Source: Girardia tigrina
Lineage: Eukaryota
NCBI GenBank assembly: GCA_001938485.1
Contig: MQRK01248900.1
Location: forward strand, 146,706 to 199,836
DNA length: 53,131 nt
Direction of reading: 5' to 3'
The notes under the pieces are model-generated. The model was not told the origin of the DNA. It ran no database searches and was given only the letters and a program-made list of their open reading frames with translations. Each line of letters opens with the position of its first letter. The stretch's first letter is position 1. This document shows, piece after piece, positions 38,377-50,130 of the stretch. The translations under genes and the position numbers were made by a program.

Positions 38377-38968
38377 TATAAGCTTTGATGTTCCATCACC
38401 TCCTTCGAGTTCAAAAGAGTTTTCAAAGTATTACACTGATTTCTGCAGTGAAACGATGCAAACAAAGCTAGAAATGATACAATCTACGACGGCTTCAATG
38501 CAGAATCAAATTAATGAACTACAGAATGCAGTATTACAATTGTCTTCCAATTTCGAAATGTTATTCAAAACAGTTGTAAATCAAAATCAGGAGAAGCTGA
38601 AACATTCAACGGATAAAATTTACCAAGCTCCATTATCATATGAGAATGTTCCTTATGTAGATGATAGCCCCACATCAGAAATGGATGCGACTGAACCAAG
38701 TTTAGTTGTCAATCAGGAATTTAGTGATATCCGTCAAAGTTGCTCAAGACCCAATTCCCTTCCATACCAACCATCAAATGGTTCTGAAGTTCATGTCACA
38801 TTTGATTTAAATCCAACAAATATCGATCTGCCAAACAGGTCAAAAATGTCTATTCCATTACTCTCAAAAAAGTCACATTTCTCAACAAAAAAATTCAAAT
38901 CAAAAATATTCAGAAACAATTCGTCCTCCGGAGGAATGACGAGACGATATCGATGCAGTAATTTGTAA
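38377..38968 (+). CDS. elk: ELK/Kv12 channel, terminal coding exon (tetramerising coiled coil and disordered tail)
   Basis: Acceptor TTATTTCAG. One leading base completes the AG|T codon from the phase-2 donor at 23321. Open frame to TAA 38966-68. The heptad segment LEMIQSTTASMQNQINELQNAVLQLSSNFEMLF resembles the KCNH C-terminal coiled coil. Confidence 0.8.
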
Positions 38969-40426
38969 AAAGTATGCCACTTTTGGTCTTTCTCTAATCG
39001 GTTGCTTTCAGCAAAAAAATACTGATTTTTTAGTCAAAATTCGTTGTATGTATCATAAAAAGTTATCTTAGACTTTGTCCTTTCAACTTTGATTTATTTT
39101 AAATATATCAAACATTTTTTATCATGTTATATTTATTTTTTAAAAATGACTACATTTTAGTAAAATAGGAAGGCTCAATTATAATCAGAAAATCTCAATG
39201 TCAAAAAGTTAATTTATGGAGGTCATAGAGGTTGAAGAATAGAAAATAGAAACTTTAATAGAAAAGAATTGTTAACTTACGAGACCCTGGCTTGACCGTT
39301 TGTTTTTCCAATTAGAAAAATCATCAGGTATATCCAAATGTTTTTTATAAATTAATTTTCCACTAATACTTTTTAAATAAGGACTTCAAGTACTTCAAAT
39401 TGATAAGAATGGCCAATAATAATTTGTGTGAGTCGTGGTTGTCTTAGGTTCACTGTGTAAAGATTATTAAAAATTAATAAAAAAAAGATAAAGAATTAAT
39501 CGTGAGGAATATTTTTAATGGTTTTTATTGTTTGTTGTTTTGAGGATTATGTTTCTCCGACCCAGATGGAAAAATGATATTTTGAACCGTCGGATTTTTT
39601 GAACAATTTTGAAATGTAAATAACAACTTTAAAATTAAATTGCTATATTATTACTACATTTAATATATTTAATATAGTTAAACTATATTAACTATACTTT
39701 AATCAATAATATTTAAATCATAATATTTTAAATTTATTTGAAAGTGATTTAAAATATTTTAATAGTGGATTTTAACGTAAAGATTTATTTAATCATAAAT
39801 AATGTATTTAAAATGAATTAAAATACTTTTGAAAAAAGCCTTAAATATTTTAGTAATGAATTGTAATTTAGATTTGTTCGAATAATTAGAGCTTTAGAAA
39901 TAGAATTTTAATTTATCGATCAAGAATAATGTCTAACTACGAAAGTTTTGTGGAGAATTGTCTGGAGGCAATTCGAGTTGTGATGTAAGTATTGGAAATA
40001 GTCTAAGTGTCCTCGATATGATTCATGAACATCATATTTTCTATCTTTAAGTATGTTTTTAATTAAACTAGTTTTTTAATGGCTTAATTCATTAAGTTCG
40101 GAAATAGTATTTGACATGATTATCTGTGCTATTCATGATCTAACCGTACATGGTACAAATCTTCGCATCTCTGAAAATTGCGTTTAAAGTTTGTCAACTT
40201 TTCACTATTGTGTTTTATCTTGACAATAAAAATTTTAAATACCAGGTTGACTGGAAATGTTTGCCGACATTTAAAATAAAACAAAATAATAATTACAACT
40301 CATTCATCAAAGTTATTCAAATGTTCAAAATAGTTACCACTATGATCAATACAGAGATATCAGTGGTTGGACAATTTTTACCATAAACGAAGAAATTTCG
40401 GTGTTCGGAAAAAACTCAAAGTTTGA

Positions 40427-40615
40427 TTATTTGCTCAGTTTCATCAGTATTTTGGAAAACTTTTCCTCGTAATAATGACTATATTGATCAGTACAAGTAG
40501 AAGACGAAAGAGAAAAGATCGGAAAGTATGGTGGATGTGGAAGCAATTGTGATCCGATTTCCTGCAGATTTGATTTTTGGTGATATCCATTGTGTACCTT
40601 CATTACTTTTGTCAA
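40427..40615 (-). mobile_element. Mariner relic, part of a larger decayed copy interrupted by a MITE
   Basis: HNGYHQKSNLQEIGSQLLPHPPYFPIF is a decayed HDNA...HPPYSPDL. Confidence 0.65.
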
Positions 40616-40652
40616 ATTGTTAAAAATCGAGAATTGAAAAGTAGATTAAGTA

Positions 40653-40887
40653 GGGGAGACTCGGCTAATTTCGTGATATTAAGAGATAATTTTGATTTTT
40701 TAATTTTTTATTTTATTTTATTAATTTTATTTTATTTTTTTATTTTTTTTACATTGTATCCACTCCTCTCCAGATAGATCATCTTCAAATCTACCCTTAC
40801 ACACTTTGCAATTTTGTTACATTTTGCATTAGTTATACTTAAGCTATCACGAATTTAGCCGTGTCACGGAGAAAGCCGAGTCTCCCC
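40653..40887. mobile_element. MITE (235 bp) with TA TSD
   Basis: TA|GGGGAGACTCGGCT ... AGCCGAGTCTCCCC|TA, plus an internal inverted CGGCTAATTTCGTGATA repeat. Confidence 0.85.
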
Positions 40888-42242
40888 TATTATTTATTTT
40901 CTGCCCATCCAACAAGGCATTTGGCAAAATTACACCTTTGTTGTTTCAGGAGCCCACGACCACATGTTTCGTCATTGTAAGTGTTAGCTGTGCTTCAGTA
41001 TAGATATCATGACCATGACCTCTCTAGGATTTCTGGGTAGTGTTCAATTGGTTATCTCAGTACAAATCAACCTTTTCATCTGTCAAAAATTTGTTTGATT
41101 TGTTTTATTCGATTGATTAGTACTTTTGATGGCCTGTATTAAATTTTCCTTGTTGTCGCATTATTTTTGTCATCGAAATTCGCTTAAATTTTATCATATA
41201 CTTTATAGGTGTGCCGCATGCCCGTACTTTATTATGACTACCCATTTTTTCAGATTTGATTTGGGCAATCCAATATGCATTGTTTTGAAGACGGACAGTA
41301 TTTTTTGCAGTAATTTCAACGAGCGTACTAAAAAAATTAACTTAGCTAGCAATTGTAGTTAATTAACACCATATTCAGGGATTTCCTTAGAGATCTGTCT
41401 GGATCTCTGGAGCTCTAGGAAGGAATATACCTTCTAGATATATAGAAATATATAAAGGATTTGTGATTTAATTATGTCTGGTCGGATATCAGACAAAATG
41501 ACAAACATTAGATTATTTAGAGCAGAAACGTTCATCTTTTTTTACAAAAAATGTCAGTCAAAACAGAATTATTAAAACAGAAAGTCTCCAAAAGTTGCAA
41601 TATTTCTTTTTAAAATTAAAATAAATCAAATAAATTAAATTGAGATTCTGAAAATAATTAGCTTCATATAAAAATAATAATAATAATATTACTGCGTTTC
41701 GCATCCAATCATTACTTTTAGTCCTCATGAGGACTGTTCTTCGTTCTCTTTCGTTTTCATCGGTTTTTTTCGATCATACAGAAAATATTAATGATTTGCA
41801 GTTTCCCTGAATCCAAAATCGTATGGAACAATGTGAAATAGAAATTGTTGGGAAATTTTTCGGGGAATCTTTTGTTAATTTCAAACAGATTTGTGTTAAC
41901 TCTGAACAAATTGAAGCGACTTGACAGGTCGCATTCTTCGTCGACAATACGCGTACAATAGTCGCGATATATCGCATGATGTTACTGTCGAATTGGCCGT
42001 CGATCAAATGATTTTCGTACGCGAAATTAATTGAAAGTTTGATCAATTTGTACAATTCTTTCCATTTTTTGTCTTTTACATTTTTATTCATTAATTTCTG
42101 ATTTGACGAAAAAAATTTTGACGAAATCGATGTAACCACATTGCTTCGCGTAGCTAAGCTGTCGCGGCATTTTTTCTATATATCTGTGTTGTTTGTATAT
42201 AAGCAAATTTTTATGGCAATCAACGTTTATTACACGTATTTA

Positions 42243-43144
42243 CGTGATGCACTTAATAAGTAGTGAGCCTAACATAAAAATAATAATCCGATTCATATGA
42301 AATTTATTTTTCATAACAAGCAAGTTATAAAGGCATCATTTCTCAAAGAAATCTCCATTCACACCAACACCTTTTTTCCAGCGCACAAAAAGGTCCAAAA
42401 AGGCTTATTCAAAGAATTTCAGTGGCTGTTGAGCCAAGTCTTCATTTGTAGCAAAATGTTGACCCCTGAGAGCATTCACGTCTTGATTCTGGGACATAAA
42501 GGGCAAATGGTGGTTCATCCATTGTCATAATATTCTGTAAGAAGCGGTCTCCAATACGTTCATAGAGGTTTAAGTTTTCCTGGCAGTACATCAATCGCCG
42601 ATCCTTCATGTATGCTGTTAAAAACCGTGGCACAAAGCGTGAACACAATTTTCTAATTCCAGTTTCCGCAAGCAGTGATTGTAAGGTACCTGTGCTGACA
42701 TTTAATCGCATTGTCAGTTCTCTGGTGGTGATTCGTCGCTCACACTGCACGATTTTCTTGAGTTTTTTCGCTATTTCTTCGCAAATTTCACGTGGCCTAC
42801 CTAACTTTTCTTCATCAAAAACAGACGTTCGACCATCTTGAAAATGGTTGAACCATCGTTTGACAGTAGATATGGATGGACTCTCTTCGCCATAAACAAA
42901 ACTAAGCTCCACGAATATTTCTTCCCGGCGTTTCCTTTTCATTAACAAGAAACAAATAACACTTCGATATTGGACGTTTTTCAATGACATTTTCGAATTT
43001 ATGCGCTCTCTAACCTAAACACAAATAATAGATTAAAGCAAATATCACAAATATTACCTTAATAACTTGCTTGTTATGAAAAAAATTCATTGGAATCAGA
43101 ATATTATTTCTATGTTAGGCTCTCTACTTATTGAGCGCACCGCT
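42243..43144 (-). mobile_element. Internally deleted irritans-like mariner with long (about 95 bp) TIRs
   Basis: Inverted arms at 42243-42340 and about 43030-43144, TA TSD. ORF 42990-42442 has YRSVICFL...TVKRWFNHF, FVPRFL and IMTMDE. The catalytic centre is deleted. Confidence 0.88.
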
Positions 43145-43354
43145 TAATTACCTAGGTACCAAGGATGTTCTGTCGTTATCAATACATTTTGTTTACTAAA
43201 TTTCTTGTACTAGTTTTCATTAAAGTAGTTAATAAATTTTATTTAAATTTGTGTTCAATTTGTTAATTTTTAAGAAAAACTACCTTTTTGTGATAAATAA
43301 CATAAGGTAAGTCAAAGAAAGAATTATTTTTGATTTAAAGAACTATCCCATAAG

Positions 43355-43990
43355 ATGGCCGAGGAATTAATTGCGAATATTGTAGACCGATTGAAGAATG
43401 GGACAACACCGATGGAGTTACTTGTCCATATCAAGCAACTTCTTGATGATTCCTTGACTGGAGAAGAAATCATCTTTACCACCGAATCAAATTTAATAAT
43501 GCAAAATGCATCGGAATTCGAAGATGATAAATTTGATGCAAGCGATATTTCGTATAGCGATGATTACGATTGTTCTTCCATCGAAGATGATGAGAATTTC
43601 AGCCGTCCTCCTGATGAAATAGGTTTTGAACAAATGCGGGCTGCAGTAGAATATTGGTAATCAGGAAAGAAGAAACTTTTAAATGAAACGCAGATTCACT
43701 GTGAAACGCAGATTTCGTTTCATCAAGGACAGGCGACAACTCTATCGTTTTGCAGATATTGTCAACAAAGGAAGTTCACGATCTCTAAAGCTTAAGCAAG
43801 TTTGCGAGCATACTTGCGATCTTTTTAAAGGTTTGACTGCCAAGTACATGATAATTCATGACAACGATTTAAGAAGATGGGCATTGGATAAAGCACGAGA
43901 AATATCATTACTTAATTTTAAAGCGAAATGACATTGGCTCCACAAATTTAAAAAGCATAATCGGATTGTGTCGAGAAAAATAAACAAAAT
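43355..43990 (+). mobile_element. Tc5/pogo-like transposase N-terminal relic (CENP-B-type HTH)
   Basis: AVEYW*SGKKK...VKRRFRFI...IHDNDLRRWAL...NFKAK*HWLHKFKKHNRIVSRKINK. Has stops and a frameshift, and is truncated before the DDE domain. Confidence 0.75.
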
Positions 43991-44149
43991 GATATCATTC
44001 AAAATATCGTGTTTCAAAAAATGAGTAGTAACAATGAAAATATTTAATTTTAGTTATTGGACGAATTAAAAAATGTGTTGAATTAAAAAAATTAATCGAA
44101 TTTTAAAAATGTCGAAATAAAATATTTGTCCAATTAAAAAATGTGTCGA

Positions 44150-44748
44150 ATTGTCATGGAACTGTTTGAGACAAGGGAAGTATCATCGAATGCACGGTGC
44201 AGCGCTGTTATCAAATGTTTCACTCTGACAATACCGGTTAGATGGTCATTTGTAAATTTGGGGTGATATTTCGATTTTAGAAACTTTAATGCAGAGTACA
44301 TGAATACGTTGCGCTGAAAATAAAAAGTAAAGGACAGACCTGTATAATAATACAAATAAAAATAATTTACGAAATAAAATAAAAAGGTTTCAATAAATTT
44401 TATTGACAAAATAAAATTTAAACTTTAAAATAATTTTTATTTAAAATAGTAAATAAAAAATCAATAAAAAAACATGAAAATAATTAACAAATTACAATAA
44501 AATTAATGAAACATAAATATTAATTTAAATATTTGTTTTCTACGAAAGACCATCTAAATTATAAAAACATTGTAATATATATTTTTTTATTTAGAGAAAG
44601 AGAATTCAAAGTGGATTGGCGAATTAAATTAACATTACTATTATTTTTGGGTTAACATCTAATAATTTGGTTCTTATTGTCAACTTTTCCCGTAATTTCC
44701 AAAGGAGCCACTCGGAACGCTTCAAAGAGCCACATTTAGGCACCCCTG
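44150..44748. mobile_element. Composite relic: short + strand mariner HTH fragment (about 44160-44222) plus hAT fragment and terminus
   Basis: Plus strand V*DKGSIIECTVQRCYQMF is similar to the 20428 element. Minus strand has YSALKFLKSKYHPKFTNDHL. The end reads CAGGGGTGCCTAAATGTGGCTCT on the minus strand from 44748. Confidence 0.65.
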
Positions 44749-45822
44749 GTTTATATATTCAAGCATCTTGTTTATGATTAACGATATTAATTATATGATT
44801 TTAATATCAAATTAATATCAAATTATATGATTTTCATGTTCGAAATTCAAAATAACTCTTAATTATTAATTTTTAAGATCGAATTTTCGAATCCAGAGAT
44901 TAATTTAGCCTTAATAAAACAGAAATTACACAATTAAGACTTATGTAATTGCTTGATAATCTATTGCATAATTCAAATAAATTGTGCTAAGTACTCTATT
45001 GTTTCTACGGGTGTTTCACATCGTTTATCAAATTTTCATTTAAATTAAGAGTATAACTTCCAAGTTCCGTTACAAATATACTTTATTAAGCAAGTGCTTT
45101 TCATTTGTATAAATTAGAACCTCTAAAATTATTTTAAAATGAATATTCATTTAAAATAGTAAATGTAGGTATGCAAAAAATATAATTCTAAACACAAACG
45201 AAATCATGGGATTGTAAGCATAATATAACTGCGGGTCCATTTTTTCGAAGTAAAATTTTAAAAGATTTACCATCGAGTTATTATAAAAATACTTTTTTCG
45301 GTTTCCCTAACACACTTAAATATTTTATTATAAAACTTTTAAAATAAAACTTCAGTATTTTAGGAATAGCATTAAAATTAATAATTTTATCGATTATTAT
45401 TGACTCGTTGACCTTCATGTGATCGTGGAAATAGTAAACTTTCGAGCGAAATGCTAATTTTTTACATAGTAAAAATTTATTCAACTATAAAAATGATTCA
45501 ACAAGAAATAATTAAAAATAAAAACAATAGAAATGTGAAAAAATTAAAAGCTATTTAACAATAACAAAAGTTATTAAAAAATTAATAAATCATAATAAAG
45601 AAACATTAAAGAACTCTAGTAATTTTATAAAAAACTAAATTTTACAATTTCCATTACCTAGAATTTTCGAATAAAAATTTTTATGTTTTATCAAAAAAAG
45701 AATTTTTTTCATTAAATTACAATTTTCACAAAAAAAATGTATTCCGAATAAATTAACAAAAAAACAATATCTTAATATATTTTAAATAGAAAAAAATCAA
45801 TTAAATTTGTTTTACTAAACCA

Positions 45823-45848
45823 ACGTCAGTATTCATAGAAGCCATTTT
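45823..45848 (+). promoter_or_regulatory. Putative TATA-less core promoter of the hnRNP gene
   Basis: ACGTCA (CRE/ATF half site) overlaps Inr-like TCAGT (45826-30). YY1-type GCCATTTT lies at 45841-48, 16 nt before the ATG. Short motifs, function inferred. Confidence 0.4.
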
Positions 45849-45863
45849 GCATCCTTAACGGCA

Positions 45864-46844
45864 ATGTCTAATAGAAACGATAACGATCGATCTTCCGAAC
45901 AATTTCGAAAACTGTTCATCGGTGGATTGAGTTTCGTGACCAACGAAGATACTTTAAAGTCGCATTTCGAACAATGGGGAGAACTGGTCGACGTTGTGGT
46001 GATGAGAATGGGTGGAAAAAATGGCAAATCTCGTGGATTCGGATTCGTCACTTACAAAGACCCGGAAATGGTCGACGCAGCCCAACTCAATCGACCACAC
46101 AACATCGATGATCGAAATGTCGAAACGAAACGAGCAATGCCACGCGATGAAGCCAACTCCGCCGAAGCTCACATGACCGTCAAGAAACTGTTCGTTGGAG
46201 CGTTGAAAAAGGAAGTTGTCGCCGATGATTTACGGGATTATTTCGGACAATTCGGGAATATTGTCGAGTGCGAAATAATCACATGGCGAGAGACCGGTGA
46301 GTCACGAGGATTCGGCTTCGTCACATTCGACGATTACGACCCGGTGGACAAGATCTTGCTCCACAAGCCGCACTACATCGACAAGAAGCGATGCGAAGTA
46401 AAAAAAGCGTTGAGTAAAGAAGAGGCGCGTTCATTGAAAGCCAAAGAGAACATGAGCACAATCGGCAAATCGAAATACGGCAACAACAACAGCTCGAGTA
46501 ACTCGCAACAGTCGCACTCGAATGGCGGAATGATGGGTAATGACACGCGAGTTATCGCGTCTTTTTTATTCTCGTTTTTCTCTCGTCTTGACTTTTTTTC
46601 TTTTCTTAATATTTTCTTTAAAACTTTTAATTTGTTTTAAATTTATTAAGGATTTATGGGGGACGTTCGAAACGAATTTAATAGTCGTTATGATAATTTT
46701 GGTGGTTATCAGGATTATGATGATAGGTTTGGTCGGTACCCGAGTCAGGGATACAGCGGAGGGCCCGTGAGAGGCAATGTGAGTTACAGGAGTCAGCAGC
46801 AGGCGCCCTATAGCAGTAGCGGCAGGATGAGGCGGGATTATTAG
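45864..46844 (+). CDS. hnRNPA1: Heterogeneous nuclear ribonucleoprotein A/B family (A1/A2B1/Hrb98DE-like), 2 exons join(45864..46536,46651..46844), 288 aa
   Basis: Two RRMs ([40 protein letters not shown]). A phase-1 114-nt intron G|GTAATG...TTAAG|GA restores a G/Y/R-rich tail ending GGPVRG...R...APY (PY-NLS-like). Confidence 0.93.
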
Positions 46845-49483
46845 ACCAGGGTCGTCTGAGTTGTTGTTGAGCTTGTAAGACATGATTTATCTTGGATTTA
46901 GAGAGATAATTATCGAATGATTAACGATTTCTAGGAATACAGTTTTGAGAGATTGAGAGAGAGAAAGAAAAGCATAGAAGAGAGAGAAGTGAATTGTTAT
47001 TTAATGAGAGAATATTGAGAGGCAGGGTTAAGCTATCATAGAAGCGCAGTTACAGTGATTGATATTGTGTTAAGTGTTGATGTGAGAGCTTGGCTTATCG
47101 TTTTATTTTCTTATCTCAATTCGTGTGAGTGAGCGAGCGACAGCGTATTCGAGCTAGTGTAATTTTGTGTACAGAAAAAAAATTTTAGTGATCGTCATTT
47201 TTTACATATTTTGACTTTAATCATTCAATCAATAATTACATTTAATTAGTTTTTGTCGATTAAAATTTAATGTGTGTTTGTTTATTGAAATAAAGGTGCC
47301 TAAAATTTGAGTTGTGTTCGTATAATTGAATAATGATTGCTAATTACAGTGTTGATTGATCCAAAGGAATTTATTGAGTGTATATTTACTTCCATTTGGT
47401 TGAGTGTGGACATCAACAGATTTTATCAGAATTTTGATCATGCTACGTAAATAATTATTAAAAATTTAATATATAACTTATCGTATTGAAATAATGATAT
47501 AAGTGAGTTTAGTACATATTATTTATCGACTGGTGAATATTACCGCAATGATTTGTAGTATTTAGTTACAAAGTTATGACAGAAATAAGTTTTTAGGGTA
47601 TAGTTACGTTTAAAAATAGTGAGTTAAAGTGTTATATGAAAGTGACTTATCATGCAATAGGTTTCGTGTAACGGTTACTAGTGGTTTGTATTCGCAAATG
47701 TGAATTATGATGTGCGTATTATTTAGTGATCTACATATTTGTTTTCAGCGACTTCAGTAGTGTGAAGATCAGTTAATTTCCTTATCTGACTTAGTCTAGT
47801 AATTATTATTCTGTATTGTCGTATGAAAGTTCTAATGATAAAATCATGACTATGATTGTTAAGTTTAGTGATGTTAACATTATGTATTTATGAGCGCTTT
47901 AAGATATGGTTACTATTGATTTAAATGTCAGTTCTTTTGATTTTATTTATTTGAAAATATAGGTATGATTAAAGAGTCTATATGTTGTACTCTAATTTCG
48001 ACAGCAACAAGTTAGTTATATAAATGATAATAATATTTCGAGTAAGAATTTATCATAAGTATCATAATATATTCAACTTCATAAATTTTTTTAACAGGAT
48101 TTGTCATTTACTATATATTAAAATTAGTTATATTTATTATTGGATTTTATTAAAATAATATTTATATAAAGCTATTCGATGTTTTAAGAAAACCAATTAG
48201 TGCTTCAGTTATTTTAAACATTTTGAATGGCATGATATTTGTTCATTTTCAAATTCGTTTTTCCTTTTTAGTCACATTTTTAAAGTGACTTTATTGTTAT
48301 TTATTTTAGAATACATGATATAATTTATTGATTGGTTATTAATCGATGTGCTATTATTATCTAAATGCGTCACACGATTATATCTTGTTGCATTATTCGA
48401 GGATGTTTATCAGTTAATTTTCTAGTTACATAATTTAATCTGGAAGCCTGCAGTTAAAATGTTATTTATATTTTAAAATTATTAATTCGTTGTGCATTAT
48501 CATTATTCCATATTTAATCGTGAAAAATCTCTTAATTATTGTATTAGTTTGTCCAAAAGAATTTTTTGAAGTTTATTCCTTTTTTGAATTCCACTTCAAG
48601 TCATTAATTAACCAGTGATTTTGTGCATTCTAATTTCTAATATTCTATTAGCGTAGTATTTTTATAAACTGATTCTTGAGACCTATTTTAAATAAATTTG
48701 AGGAACTTGGATTTGCTGTATGTAAGGTACGTATTGATTTTTTTATATGTGAAGTAAAATTAAATAAATACGTACCACATTAAAACATTAAACTAAAGTA
48801 AAATAAAAAACACAAAAAATTATTGGCCACGTATTTTAATAACCTCTTAATGTTATAGTAATCGAAATTTTCATTGATACAAAAGGTATTCGCGTTATTA
48901 ACCGTCATTATACTGCATCCCTTGTTTTACATCGAACTTATCCACTCTTCTCCCTCGTCTCTGATGTTTTACTTGATGTCGTCATACAGCAAATCGAGCA
49001 ACTCTGGCGGCCTGCTACTACTTCGACTCTAATTTGACTTGTCTCCTAGACTTTCGATATTTGCTGTTAGAATTTTTCTCGTGCCCGAACAATTTTAACG
49101 TATAATGAATGAAATAAGAACGGATTTATTTAATTTAAAATTTATTGATTTAACACAACATAACCTTAGTAATTGGTTAATCTTCAAAATAACTCTGTGT
49201 TATAATAAGTCATGTTTTGCTATGTACACCTGTCTACACCAATGAACTCTGTTCTGACGACCTCCACACCCCTTGACTCTACAACGTTACCTAACGCGGG
49301 TTCTTATCGACTTACTATCTTAACACAACGCCGGTCTCTTGACTACCTTGTCGTCGTCGGCAGCCAAATCACAGTTGGGGACCGACTCGGTCGAACCGGC
49401 CTCAGACTCTGTCTCAAAAATCGATTCTTGGTGGTGTGGCGGCGGACGAAGGTACATCTGACTTCTCCCCGGTAGAGAGGAGA

Positions 49484-50130
49484 TGTTTTAAGTGTAATAA
49501 TTTAGGACATATGGCAAGATATTGTGGGGTGCCAAAACGAGCTTGTTTTGTTTGTGGTGACGAGACGCATCTGGCTGGTCAAAAGATGCACGGACTACAA
49601 AAAAATGAATGACGGAAAACAGATATGCGCAGCTGGTTTTCCATCTTGGAGTGCGCAGTTACCGGGTTTAGTTGTCGAGGTGAATAATGCAGCTGTGCGG
49701 GCGTTGGTGGATTCATGTTGTAGCCGATCGATCATTGCTCGTGATATTGTCATATTATGTAAGTTGGAAAACGTGAATACAGGTATTATGCTGATGAGCC
49801 TAGACTCGTTTGAATGTACGCAAGCCTGCACGGTAAGCGTAAGCGTTAGGGGGGCTTCAATAACTTTGAGTTGTTTGATTGTTGATAAGTTACCAGGGTG
49901 TGAGTTAATTATGGGTGTTGATGGAATCAGGAAATTGGGGGTAGTTTGGATCAAGGAAAATGGAGACGTAGTGTTTGGTGTTGAGCAGAGATTGTCTAAG
50001 ACTGGGAATATGAAACGTTAGTATTGTACCGCGTGTTGTCAGGAAGAATGGTACCGAGGTCAATGGTTCCCTCCGGATGGAACCGGTGACAAGGATTTTG
50101 AAGCCTACTTTGACGGCAAAAGATGGATCA
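49484..50130 (+). mobile_element. Gypsy gag-protease relic, with possible LTR/leader from about 49196
   Basis: CFKCNNLGHMARYC (49484-49525), second knuckle CFVCGDETHL, and aspartic protease ALVDSCCSRSII...LIMGVDGI. Frameshifted and truncated before RT. Confidence 0.85.

Noticed and set aside
45864-46640. 258-aa single-exon hnRNP with a hydrophobic tail as the main product
   Set aside because: The tail is translated T-rich intron. Splicing out 46537-46650 restores the family-typical C-terminus.
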